Positions 1-13,939 of a DNA stretch of 64,000 nt are shown in pieces (position 1 is the first letter of the stretch; the number at the start of each line of letters is the position of its first letter). The translations under genes were made by a program, and so were the position numbers. This stretch comes from Eledone cirrhosa. Its lineage: Eukaryota. The notes beneath the pieces were generated by a model. That model was not told the DNA's origin. It worked only from the letters and a program-made list of their open reading frames with translations, and did no database searches. Location: NCBI GenBank assembly GCA_964016885.1, contig OZ024740.1, positions 181,536,001-181,600,000 on the forward strand, read 5' to 3'.

Positions 1-3000
1 GAAGCTAATAGACTGATATATTTATAAGATTTTACATTTTGATATATTATCGTAATCAGGTTGATACTTTTAAATAAATGCAAATGTTACTGTTCTATTT
101 GTTGTTTCCTCGCCTATCTTACTTCTTGACTACTGGATATTTCGTTTCAATAGCAAGTAGAATCTAAATTCCTGTTTATCCCTCACAGTAAAGGAAGTGT
201 TAGTACTGACATTTGTAGAGGATGACGGACAGTTACTTGCATTAATTCCAGTACATAGATAATAATGTGTCGTGGACTACGTAGGCAGAAATGGTGGGGC
301 TTGAGGTCTGAGAGGACCTAAATACCAGACAATAGATCTGATTCTGATAATCCTTGTTAAAAGAAATATTCCTATTCATAATACAGATTAATACTTTTTA
401 TGATTTTGTTATCTGTAGAAACGCGTATATTTATAGATTTTCATCTTAGCAAATGTTGTTGTTCTCTAAACACAGATGAAGATAATTTGACATCACATTT
501 GGTTGACAAAGTTTCAGCCATGGTCATTCCTATGATAATATTAGATGATCTATCGTTACTCGATTAAAATGACTCTACATATATATTTTTTCAGAGAGAT
601 TTAGCTGATAAATTTAACTATTCTATTTCAGAATGTCTAAGTGAAATCAGCCACTGAGAATCATGTTTCCTGTCCAAGAGAGTAAAGCAATAACTACAGT
701 CGATCTGATTTCACAATAACTGAGAGAATTCTAGACCTGATTTTTATTCCTTCTTTCATAGTATGTATGCATATTTCCAAACCAAGATATGTCAAATTTG
801 ATAAAGTAATGTGAAGTTAGCGGAAATATCTGACTGGGTATTAAAAAGGATTCATAGATTTATACCGTCCAAGAACTCATATACAGTGATTGCTACAAAC
901 AGTTCTATGCCTTTGTGTTGAATAACCTGACGCCTGAAGGTGTATTCAGTGTAGCTGATAACATATTTCTTGTGGCATTTTAACAATATTTGTCATTTTA
1001 ACAATATTTTGGGAATCACAATTGAGCCATGTTAATTCAATAACATCTTTTAAATGTATGCATTCTTCGCATTCTTCTTTTAACATAAATGTTAATTTTT
1101 AAATACAAATACCTAGTTGGCTTTTGCTGAACCACGGCATTTAAAATGAAAGTTATTGTTGAGAGCAGAGATCGGATTGAATGAAATACTCTAAATAAAT
1201 AAAATATTACTAACTAGATTATGTGACATTAAAGCTAACGATTGTAGGGGAATGTACTTTACTAGCACAATGTGTTGTGACTTAAGGAAATGTACGCACT
1301 TCTAAAGATATGATGTGGGGCCCCTCTACCGCTGTGAATAGCGCCAGAAGTCCCAGTCAGCGCTTATAATACATTGAAACATCGAATGACTACTTGAGAT
1401 ATATTATCATCGCAAGAACAAAGAAAACAGTAAAGTGAATATTAATCAACTGCAACAAAACTTTATTTATTACGAGATCCCGAGCTTTAAATTCCCGTAA
1501 AATTCAATGATATTCGTTTCTAAGTCTCAATTTATCTGTAATACTTTAAAATGTAAGTTACTGTTCTAAACATATTCAAAGGACCTTACTAATATAATTA
1601 TTCGGAAACTAGACGAATTATTGCGGTAATCTTCTCAAACTTCTCTGAAAATTCATCCTGAATCTGCTGAGAAGAGCGTAACCTGATTAAGTAGAACAAC
1701 ATACTTCCTTAGTGGCATCAACATACTCACTCTCTTTTTTATTTCGATAGAAAATGATAAAGCTATACGAAATTTATTTTAGCTTCCATTTTAGCTTTTT
1801 CGTTATTTTCTATTTTCTGTGTACTATTTACAAGATTTATCAAATATACATCGGATGATTTGTTGGTCTGTGATAAAATTAAAATGTCGATCTAGAAGAC
1901 AATGGCACTCTTTACACAAGTATTCGACGATTGTGGCCATGTTTTTGGCAATAGAATGATTCAACAATTCACTTTTAAAAATGTTAAGAGAGAAAAACGC
2001 AATAAAGCTTTCTCCTTGTGGCAATGCTGCAGTTCTCACCATCAGCAGAAGCAGATGGTTCTTGCCTTCCAATGAACAGCTAATAAGTCGTGATTCCAAT
2101 ATCTGTGTTTCCTTTTAAGAAGAGAATAATACAGTGTTTACTTTTCTTTCGGTAATGTTGAAGTTAGAAGAGTTTCTGATGTGTCAATCTCAGCTGAGAA
2201 TAACATGGAAGCAAACATATTCTATATCGATTTATTTTCCCTCAAACTAAGAATTTCTACAGGAATAGAAAAAATTCTTACATTTCGTCGTCTTACTTTA
2301 GAGGAACACTTCGCCAAATATTTGCAATATAAAACAACCAAGATTATTTTTTATATATTATTTTTCTATTTTTCTTTTCCAAGTTCCTTTTAATGCATTT
2401 AAGCGGGGAAATCCACGAGGATCAGATTTTTGTTTTCAATACTCTATTTAGTTATTTTTGACAAAACGTATCGAATGTATTGTTATTACAAGTTGTAATA
2501 TGTCTAAATCGAACCTTGTGATATCATTAACAATCCATTGCATCAAAAGGCCTTATTTCTATTTACAATCATCTTAGAGAATATAAAATACAAAATCATT
2601 CAGGACGATTAAGATTCTAAATATGCCAATACTGTGAATCTCAGTGGGATTTCAATGAATGCTGCATTTTAATTGGATTCCGCGAGAAAATTGATTGAAT
2701 TGTGGATTCGAAGGACTGTGTTTCATACGTCAGTAATTATATAAAGGTAGTCCACAATACGACATGCATCAACTAATATTATAACTGAAATGGTTTTAAT
2801 TAGTAGGGAAATCAGACATGCCGTCTTCCTATATCCCCGATTTAATTGCTGATCTTGAGAAATAAAAAAGATTGCACTAAATAGGAAATAATAAAGGGCC
2901 TTTTTCAAATGTCATGTTATGATTCGAAGTGAGCTAATTTTCTCCATATTAATGAGTTTTAATTGCACTGATTAGAAAACTAGGAATCGTCTCCAGTTTA

Positions 3001-3075
3001 GAAGTTAGAAGGAATTTCCTTTAAATATATGTTAAATTCTATTTCTGATTTCGTGTGCACTCATATATTCTTTGA

Positions 3076-3147
<72 letters not shown>

Positions 3148-3148
<1 letters not shown>

Positions 3149-3456
3149 GGTGGTTACACAACAGTTAGTTCACCATACCGACAACAATTGTTTCACCTTA
3201 GCGGATCCTCAGTTCGTAATGGACATGTTATACGGAACAGGAAGGACAACCAGAAACTTTCGGACTTTCGCAGTTATTTCCCTTACACATATCGTAGGCA
3301 ATTTAGTATTGCCTGTGTGAAGTGATCGTTTTCTGCGCATACGCGTTCGTACGGTTGTCCTTCCTGTTCCGTATAACCATGTCCATTACGAGCTGAGGGT
3401 CCGCTAAGGTGAAACAATTGTTCTCAGTATGGTGAACTAACTGTTGTGTAACCACT

Positions 3457-3457
<1 letters not shown>
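3148..3457. mobile_element. Non-autonomous fold-back element derived from a PLE 3' end (pLTR), with a hammerhead motif in each arm
   Basis: Arms about 3148-3251 and 3353-3457 are reverse complements and are flanked by (TA)n. 3252-3457 matches the 3' tail (40157-40362) of the PLE at 38968-40365. Left arm (minus) reads CTGAGGA-tccgctaaggt-GAAA-caattg-TT; right arm has CTGAGGG (A9G). Confidence 0.85.
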
Positions 3458-3537
<80 letters not shown>

Positions 3538-3559
3538 GTGTGTGTGTATGAGTGTGTGT

Positions 3560-4095
3560 CGGGTTCGAACAGGCGTAACAATAGTAAGTTACTCAATACA
3601 TAGCAGAGTATACATGGTTCATATAGAAATGGCCTCTACGGAACTAGAACGGATTCATTCGAAAGAAATCATCAGGAGAGACGACTGTTAATGGTAGTAT
3701 TTATACATTTTCTACTGGTAGAGGTAGGTGGTGATTTGAATGGGTGGAGGCACTTCTAATGTTCAAAGTTCATTGAAAACCCTTTGGTTGCTTAGAAAGA
3801 AATGAACCTTCAAAATTAGGAGTGCCTGTCAGTGTATATGTGTTTGTCTATAGATACTTAGCGTGAATTTCCTTGTTCATTTGTATCACTATGTATTTTT
3901 CTCTAAGTATAGTTTTTTCAACGAATCCCCATTCTTTAAATCCTTTGGCCAATGACCCCCACCTATCCCAATCACAACCTTCTCCTACCACCAGAGAATG
4001 TATAAATACCAACATATCACATTGATAGTCGGCTTTCCTGATGAGTTACTTCGAATGAACCAGTTCTAGTCCTATAGAAGCCATTTCTATATTAA
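3560..4095. mobile_element. Diverged fold-back repeat with degenerate hammerhead motifs (family ttc-CTGATGA..GAAA-cag ttctagtc ctg-TA-gaa)
   Basis: About 3621-3750 and 3958-4092 are inverted homologues. CTGATGA at about 4038 (+) and tcatcag at about 3669 (-); GAAA is mutated in both. Same family as 18170-18350. Confidence 0.65.
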
Positions 4096-4225
4096 ACACA
4101 CACACACACATATATATATATATAAATATATATATTTATATATATAACGAAGGAAATGTGGTAAGAAACCAGGTGGACCATAACGCACCAAAGTACTCAA
4201 TACTTAGGGTAGTAGAATGGGTAAA

Positions 4226-4339
4226 AGGAACAAGTAAGACCCCGACGGCTGAGCTCAAGCCGTTTCGACGGCTAATTCTGGACTCAGAATTAGCCGTCGA
4301 AACGGCTTGAGCTCAGCCGTCGGGGTCTTACTTGTTCCT
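4226..4339. repeat. Perfect hairpin (55-bp arms, 4-nt loop) made from the 3' half of a PLE hammerhead
   Basis: aggaacaag...aattctg / gact / cagaatt...cttgttcct. Contains GAAA-cggc-ttgagctca-gccg-TC-gggg, matching 18030-18056. Confidence 0.9.
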
Positions 4340-4483
4340 ATTTATATATATATACATATGAAGATGTGAACGCATAAAATGTGTCTGTATAGATTAGTGT
4401 ACCAACAAAATAAACAAGTAAGACTGTATATGTATACAATTATACACACACACGCACACAGGCACACACACATACACACACAT

Positions 4484-4546
<63 letters not shown>

Positions 4547-5339
4547 TTAAAACAAAGAAATAAAAAATCAAGTCATTAGAGATATACTTCACTGCTTTAC
4601 GATCTTTTCTAGATTATGATAATACATTGTAGCTATACTCCGTAATTGATCTATGTAAGGTTAGTTACAAACAATCAGATAAAGAAAATATTTACTTACA
4701 TGCATATCACCAGCTGTTTTCAAAAGCAATAATAATTTTATTCAATAATGATTTTATTCAGAATTAGTAGTATGTTAGTATCATGTCCTTATTTGGAGGC
4801 CGTTGAAGAAATAACAAATCATTTTTTTTTTTATATGGTGTTAAAATGAAAAGTAATATACTTTAGTTGAGGTCATGACCCTTTGAAATGAATGGTTGAA
4901 GGGTGTTAATACTATATTTGGCATAAACATCTATTAGTAGGAAAGGGATTGTCATACTGATAGTTGAATGTATCTGGTATAGTGAATTTAAAATGAATGT
5001 CAAAATAAATGGTGATTTTAAGGTGAATATAAATTAAGGTTATGGCTGGGAAAGATAGTATATTAAAATATAAAAATGTTAATAAGATAATGAAATACAG
5101 TAATGCGATAATATACAAATTTACAAACACAATATAGTACTGTGTGGTAAATTATATTTAATATAATATAGCATAGTATACGCTCTAAAATACTATCAAG
5201 TATATTTATGCATAATTAATCAAATTCAGATAAATACATGTTGGCATAGTTAAAACGCATAAATTTTATAGTTTACAAAGTGCATATACCCACACTATAT
5301 ATAGAGAGAGGTACAGTTATATTGATATCCAACCCAAAA

Positions 5340-5833
<494 letters not shown>

Positions 5834-7940
5834 CACACACATAAATATATTTCCATATCATACATAGATATATATTTACTCATGCAATTACGGGTGTTTG
5901 TGTATCTTGTTGCCTTTAGTCATTAACGCATAAATCTAAGGAAGCCAAAACATTAAAAGCTAAAAGATAAGCATGAATGCATATAATTAGGGGAAAGAGT
6001 TACTAATAATTGTTACTCTATATGGAATTATAGTGAGTTGCTATTTAGAATATTTAATTAGGTTTATATTATTTAAATGTTTTTCTTATACGGTGATTAC
6101 AAACTATGATCAAATCCTGTCTTTTATTTAATAAATCGTCCTTAGATTTCGTAATTTCCAAGATCTTCCCTGAACATAATCTGCATTCCCTCCTGTTCCC
6201 AAGATATGGAGTTCTTTGTAGAATGGTGTTCCACGATAACTTGAAATCTATTTTTTTCTTTTTAAAATTATTTACCGCTTCAGCTAAAGATGTGTATTGT
6301 TGAAACTACCAGAGTGTGCGAAAAATCCTTTCTTAGATGTGTTTGATGTAGATCCTATATATGTTTTGTTGGAGTCTGTAGTAGACACAGTGCGTTTATA
6401 TAATACATTATTAATCAACAGTTTCCATTTAAGGGGCAAATGCTTCTATTTCTGCAATTACAGCCATACGTAAGATGGTTATTGGGGGTGCTAATACTAT
6501 TCTCATTAATCCTTGAGCTATTTCTATTGTAATTAATGATAGCAGGAGAATGCAGGTTGCTTTGTGGGAGGTTTGGTGCTGGGGTTGTATATGATTTTGT
6601 GTTCTGCTGTTTTTGTGTTGGTGATTTGGGTGGTTGTGTTTTCTAGGTTGAAGGATTGTATTATTTGCCTTTTTAAAAGGTTCAGTCCTATTTAAATTAT
6701 GTTGCGGTGGTGTAGTCATATTATTTTAAAGTTTTTAAATGTTATAGTTGCTTATTTTTTTGTTTGAGATTGCTTGATGTAGAGTATGAGAATTTAGCAG
6801 TATATTTGTTAAATATTTGGTGGTATCTGTGGTTTAGTGGAAAATGTTTATGTACAATTTCAAAGAATTTTGGGGGGATTTGTCCAATAGTTTGCAGGTT
6901 GAAGGTTGCGTTTTACCATGTTACGTTTCTTTTGCGGTTTTTAGTTAAGTTCTTATTATCACTTATATTTTTGTGTTGTGTTCCAGAAGAATTCCTATGG
7001 TTAGTGTCCATATTTGTGGAATTTGGTAACTTATCGTGGTTGTATTTGGTGTTATTTATGGGTAGATTATGGGATTTTGAGTGTTTGGTATTCATATGTG
7101 GGTTGATAACATTGGACATAGACCGTGTAGTAATAGTTGTTGTGGTTTTTCGGTTGTTTGGTGTAATAGGAATAACCACTTTAGGTATTTGTTTCAATGG
7201 TATTTTATGCTGTTTGTAGTTTTTGTTAGGATTTATTTTTTGGTCCGTAGTAGTGTTGGGGATATATGAGATGTTTTCTTTATATCCACTTCTAGTTGAG
7301 GCCATCGTAAAGGCCCTTAAATGGAAACTGTTTGATTAATAATGTAATATATAAATGCACAGTGTCTACTACAGACTCCAACAAAACATATATAGGATCT
7401 ACATGTAAGAAAAGATTTTACGCACCCTCTAGTAGTTTCAACAATACTAAACTAGCTAACACCACATCTTTAGCTGAAGCGGTAAATAATTATAAAAAGA
7501 AAAAAATAGATTTCAAGTTATCATGGAACACCATTCTACAAAGAACTCCATATCTTGGGAACAGGAGGGATGCAGATTATGTTCAGGGGTGATCTTGGAA
7601 ATTACTAAATCTGAGGACGATTTATTAAATAAAAGACAGGATAGATCATAGTTTGTAATCACCGTATACGAAAAACATTTAAATACTATAAACCTAATTA
7701 AATATTACAAACCTAATTAAATATTCTAGATAGCAACTCACTATAATTCCAAATAGAGTAACATTTATTAGTACATTTTCCCCCTAATTATATACATTCG
7801 TGCTTATCTTTCGCCTTTTAATGTGTTAGCTTCCTTAGATGTATGCGTTAATCACTAAAGGCAACAAGATACACAAACAACCGTAATTGCATGAGTAAAT
7901 ATATATCTATGTATGATATGGAAATATATTTACGTGTGTG
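5834..7940 (-). mobile_element. Degraded 5'-truncated PLE (RT C-terminal linker + GIY-YIG) with inverted duplication of its 3' end
   Basis: Arms about 5834-6437 and 7313-7940. ORF pieces RSGYKENISY, RKRNVTW, GCNCRNRSICP (minus, about 6435-6465) and NVIYKCTV..KTYIGST..NTTSLA (7332-7592, +). Confidence 0.85.
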
Positions 7941-8040
7941 TATATATATATATATATATATGTGTGAGTATATGTATTGATGTATGTGTATGTGTGTGTA
8001 TATATATGCTTGTCTATGTATATGTGTATGTGTGTGTATG

Positions 8041-8078
<38 letters not shown>

Positions 8079-8320
8079 AGGAAGTTATAGTTCACTTGAA
8101 GCATTGTGTAATGAGGTATAAACGTTTGTATATGTATAATAAAGCCAAAACAATGCAGGTATGGACATAGAATAAAGAATGCAAATGCAAAAGATATTGT
8201 TGACAATTAGTCTTTTACCTTAGATTTATTTAAATGTCCTTAATTTTCGAGATAATATCTCTTCTTCGGAGAGAAGTAAAGCGGTTAAACCAGTGTTCTA
8301 AATAGCTTGCCAAGTCATGG

Positions 8321-8368
8321 TGACAGGAAATGGTATAGAGTATCGATACTCTATACCATTTCCTGTCA
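8321..8368. repeat. Perfect 48-bp palindrome without a loop
   Basis: tgacaggaaatggtatagagtatc|gatactctataccatttcctgtca. Confidence 0.95.
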
Positions 8369-8476
8369 GCATATATATATGAATGTTAAATTAAAAGCAT
8401 TTTGAACACCTTACGCTATTGTTTTAAAGTAGTGACTATGTCACTTACTTCTATTTTTAGCAAACAATGGGAGATA

Positions 8477-8520
8477 AGCTAACAGAGCTCGGTTTCGTAC
8501 TGTTGGCACTTATCAAATCC
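8477..8520 (-). ncRNA. Type I hammerhead ribozyme, U3-A8 core variant (mirror copy)
   Basis: Minus strand: ggat-TTGATAA-gtgc caaca gtac-GAAA-ccgagctctg-TT-agct. Confidence 0.65.
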
Positions 8521-8621
8521 TAGCACTCCTACTGTTTGCTGAAAATTATCAGTTGCTGATTATTACTGGAATTCTATAAGAATCCAACATTCATAATTTA
8601 TAGCAAACAGGAGGAGTGCTA

Positions 8622-8665
8622 GGCTTTGATAAGTACCAACAGTATGAAACAGAGCTCTGTCAGTT
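8622..8665 (+). ncRNA. Type I hammerhead ribozyme, U3-A8 core variant
   Basis: ggct-TTGATAA-gtac caaca gtat-GAAA-cagagctctg-TC-agtt. Stems I and II present, stem III palindromic, GUC triplet. Confidence 0.75.
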
Positions 8666-8909
8666 TATCTCCCCTTGTTTAGTGAAAATACAAGTAAGTG
8701 ACCTAGTCACTACTTTAAAACAATAGCGTTAGGTCTTCAAAATGCTTTTAATTAAGCATACAGTGCATTCATATATATATCGCTATTTCAGAGCACCAAT
8801 TCTAATTATATATATATATATATATATATATACAAATAAAATATAGAGTTATTAACTCACATAGATACCCTGCAATTAACAAGCTCAAACTATAAATACT
8901 GAGAATTAT

Positions 8910-9514
8910 AATATTAATATGTGTAGAAGTAAACACAGTGAACCCATGTTTACAATTACCAGGATAGATTACACCACAAATGTTATATATCATTCAACCT
9001 GAATCATATGGGATGTTACAAGATTTCTTACAAGCTTCCTCATACATACCATATCAATAACGAATTCATCTCCCGGACAGACTAAAGATTTAATCTGTTT
9101 CGTCCTCTATATTTTATATGTATTTCGGCTCCTTAGCTGTTGAGCTTTTAAACATGAGTGTAAATAGGCTATTATTTCTAGGATAACCACTCGCACCGCA
9201 TATGAGTTTCAACGCGCTAGGTGTAAAATTTACTGAGTTTATGGTTATAGGTGTTATGTAAAATTTAGTCTCATCTCTCGCTGGCGAAATGCCTACGGAT
9301 GACTTGTTACAAACACGATTCATTCAGGGCGAAAGATATTAAATTTTTAGTCTGTCCGGGAGATGAAATGGTTATTGATATGGTATGTGTGAGAAATCTT
9401 GTAAGAAATATTGTAACATCCCATATGATTTAGGTTGAATGATATATACCATTTGTGGTGTAATATATCCTCGTAATTTTAGACATGGGGTTACTGTGTT
9501 TACTTCTACACATA

Positions 9515-9520
<6 letters not shown>
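8910..9520. mobile_element. Fold-back element (about 195-bp arms) with degenerate hammerhead 3' halves
   Basis: About 8910-9106 and 9326-9520 are inverted. Minus 9072-9106 reads aggac-GAAA-cagattaaa tc tttagtctg-TC-cggg. The right end abuts (TA)n. Confidence 0.75.
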
Positions 9521-9601
<81 letters not shown>

Positions 9602-11000
9602 GGGGTATTAATACATAGGTAAATTTATAGTTATGAATAATTTTGAAAATATGTTCTATAAATTCATTAGCTGATTTTTTGTACTGTTTTATTTTGTTAG
9701 TTATGTTTTCTATGATGCTTTTATATATCATTTAATGATTTGTTATGCGTTAATGCAAACTATCTCTTTAGAACTGTTCATGCTAAAGCTAAATAACCCT
9801 CAGCAATAAACCAATACACCAACATATCTGACCAGAATAACTTGCAATAACAACACTTCAACACATCTAAATGAACACTACGCATATCAAGTTATCATAA
9901 ACACATGGCAAACAAACCCTTAAATATTCGTCTATCTGCTCAACTCCATGACAATATACTCAGCCTACAAAGAACAAGATAACATTAATTTTACCAGCTT
10001 CAAAACAAAACAAATAAAAAGCCACTTGAAGTACTTTTACTGGGAGGCAAATCTAGAGTTCACAGAATTCAACGCTATGATAATTACTAATTACATACTA
10101 CAATAAACACATTTAACAAAGAATAATATCCTACGACGCAACAAAGCAATGAAAAAACCTACAGCTATACAGCTGAAATTTCTAATGATATAAAGCAAAA
10201 CGGAGTCAACTTTAAACATTTAAATTGAATTCAGAATCGTAGATTTAAAGAATAACAATGACAATTGTGAAAAAGGGAAATTAGGAGTGACAGATATGAT
10301 GATAAATTGAAATTGGGAATTTGAATTTCAAAATGTATCAGCAAAATCAATGTTTTCGCAGTGTCAGTTTTGATGTATAAAATTTGATGAGGAATTCGTT
10401 CAACCAAAGGTTAATGTCTAGGAAATATGCATCTATTTAGTGTTTAGTCCAACACTACGGTAACTAGTATATTGAAGTATATGCTGCATTGATGAGATTG
10501 TGATAAGACGCAAACATATCCGGACCTTTCTCTTTCATAATGTTTTGTCTTGTTCTTCCTCGCCGCATAATTATTTATGGCTCACTTTTAAAGTGGTATC
10601 TTAAATACAAATTTAATTAGTGAAATTTAGAGAATGCAAATGAAATTGTTAATACCTGTTTTTGAAGATCTGGTTGCCTTGAACGATGCTTACTACATTC
10701 GGACGGAATAAGAAGGAAACATAATTCGATCTAGACTTCCCAATTGATAGAAGGGAAGAATTATCTAAGACGACGATGTGTATCGATAGACAAAATGTGA
10801 CATAAGCAATGTGAAATTCAAATTACTTATTCTGTTAGTGGAATTATACAAACATAAGTGTACATAGATTATAAAAGCAACCCCTAGAAAACATAAGTTT
10901 TTTAGATGTACCAGATACTCGGTATTTTCTTTCATTCTGTGTGGTAATTTAGTTTGTATTCAATTAATTGAAACATGTATTATTCGTTCAATCCTAGAAT

Positions 11001-11074
<74 letters not shown>

Positions 11075-13097
11075 ATACATACATCACATAGATATGTATA
11101 TGTATATATATGTGTGTGTGTATGTGTGTGAGTGTATATGTGCGTATGTAAATATTCATGTCACCTTAACTGATATCAACTATTATCTCCTCAGTACTTG
11201 ATAAGATGGAAAGCAACAGAATGTGTAATCAATGTGATTGCATGAAGGTGACATATGTATTTACATGACAGTGTTATTGAAGAAACCAATTGTCTGGTGG
11301 CGGAGCCATGTTGATATTTAAAGGCAAGTCAAGATGATATATGGTAATTATTACATACAAAAAGCAAAATAGATTATTATTAACTTGATATTACTTTATT
11401 GCCTCTCCAGACACTATCTTAATTTTCAGATAAATTATATCCTTTATTCTAGCCGTTAGCTATTTGTCCTCCTTTTATTTGTTCTCTATATTATTAAGAG
11501 AGAGAAAGACAACTGTGCAAAAGATGTTTTACCACCATATAATACTATTATTTGCAAAACAAAATTCATAGATGTAGGCATAAGATATCCTATAAAACAA
11601 CGCAGCAAGCTATTTATGGTTTGGATGTTTCTTAAAGTCCTTAACATGTTACACACAAAAACATATATGCAAACACACACATACACGCAAAACTTTAGCA
11701 AGATAAATTGATCTAATCAATGAAGTTAGAGCTAAGAACGTTTTTCTTTCATATACTATTGATTTATTGTTCTAGCATCAGGTCAAACATTTTTAGGAGG
11801 AGAAGTATAGTTAATCGAAATAGCGTTAGTAGATTACTGGTACCTATTTTATCGACACAAGAGAGGATAGAACGATTCGAACACAAAATATGAATACATT
11901 GGACTAAATACTCATTGCCGTTTATATCATTCCGCCTCATTTCTTAATAGATGTTTCTTTGGTAGAATATAGTGACACATTTCTAAATTCGATGACTAAA
12001 CATTATTGATAAATCTTACATCAATTTCGGTTACGAGCATTCGGTTGTTAAATCAATGAATGGCTGACTTATTGAATTAACGTGTAACTGGTCGAGTATT
12101 CCACAGTTATGAATACCCTTAATGTAATTTACCAGCCAATTCAGCGTTGTGCAATATGTGACAGTGCAGAACTTTAGAATTACAGGTAAAACCCAATTGA
12201 GGGATTCCACGCAGATTCCGTCTACCCAAACTTAGTTACAAGCCTTTGGATTGTCTGAGGCTATACTATTGACAATTTACCCCGATGACTGGCAGTCATA
12301 TCAAACCCGGACAGCATTTTCGGTACATTCTAGTTACAACTTTACTTGAGAACTTCTTGACCTTATGCAAGTCAATATGTGACCTCTGCACCTTATATTG
12401 ACCTGGATGATATAGCAGTAACATTGAATAGTGTGGCGATTAGTGCATTGAAACGACTCCAGCACATGTACAGCAACTATTCAACCAATCTCAGATTTAC
12501 AAAATCAATATATCGTTAGGCACCTTGGATTCTCGGTTTTACTCTTTTTACCTAATATTCTCCCGTTATGCCTATCCTAAAAAGTCTTAGACTATGAAAT
12601 CGATAAAGATCTGTCACACTTTCGTTATGTCCTTTGTTACGAAACCCAACACCTTCTTGCTATCATCTTCATATTCTCTTTTCCTTCCTGGTGGTGGTGG
12701 TGTTTACTTTCAGTGGGGAGGGGGTTAGTACAAATAGACTAATGAGCTGAGGCACTCCAGTTGTACCATTCTAAGTACGACAATACTTTTGAGAAAATAG
12801 GATATATTTGCGGGAGATTTGATTGTTATCTCTTTTCAGTGGACTATTGGTTTACAGATTTCCTTCATCGTGCAACTTATTTGTAGTTTAGCTATGATCA
12901 ATAAATTCAACACTTAATTTTATTATATGTAAATGGAAATGTGATAAAAACCACTTACGAATGTCTTGTTGTTTTGGGTGAAATAAATTTACTCGATATT
13001 TCAACTGTAACAAGACCTAATCAGAATTATTTTAAATAGTCAGTGAGCTGTGATGAACATGAGACTAGAAGACACACATACATATATACACACACGC

Positions 13098-13184
<87 letters not shown>

Positions 13185-13740
13185 ATTGCATAGATGTATG
13201 TATGTATGCAAGTACATACAGTGCATAGATGTGTGAAATACATGTACTTAAATTTATACAAAGCGGCATTGCTATATTGGCATTGGCATGACAAATACAT
13301 GTCGTTCGGAACGTATAATGGTGATTACACTGTAGCATACACAAAGAAGCATAGCGTAGCAAAGATGTGTTGTCTGTGATATTCAAATCAAGCAATAATA
13401 AAGTGTTGACAGACGAATTTGCAGTGATTGTTAATCTGATGTTTCTGAAAACCTAATAAATATTACTTCTTTAATAACCTAAGTTACCGACGTTTCAATC
13501 GAAGAGCAGAATGAAATCCATAATTTCTGTATTCTGGCAGCTGTCAAGTGCCTTTTAACAGACGTAGCTGCTATATCCATGTGTTTCCTTATGCATGAAT
13601 ATAATCAGTAATGATAATGACGTTTCAAATGTTGCTGTGGTAGAGCAGCCTACGTAAAACTTACTATATTCTACGCATGCTATAGAGTGTATTTCGCAAG
13701 ATCGAAATAATTTATCGTCATTGGCAATGGAGCAGTTTAG

Positions 13741-13777
<37 letters not shown>

Positions 13778-13869
13778 CGTGCGTGTGGGTGCGTGAGTGG
13801 CTGCGTGGGTGACAATGTGTACATTTATTCATATATATGTGTATGTTTGTCAGTTTATATGTGTGTTTA

Positions 13870-13939
<70 letters not shown>

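Larger units (their letters stand above)
8390..8754. mobile_element. Small fold-back element (about 150-bp arms) carrying U3-A8 variant hammerheads
   Basis: 8390-8540 is the reverse complement of 8602-8754 (about 88% identity by eye). Confidence 0.85.

Noticed and set aside
1-3020. Apparently unique AT-rich sequence with short ORFs (similar stretches at 9700-13000, 20100-22700, 33000-37800 and 50700-52400)
   Set aside because: No convincing exon or domain could be supported by eye. Small host exons cannot be excluded without RNA-seq or homology searches.
8390-8754. Interpretation of the small fold-backs as DNA-transposon MITEs with TA target duplications
   Set aside because: The arms contain hammerheads and, where traceable (3148, 4226), derive from PLE 3' ends. 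No transposase is seen in the window.
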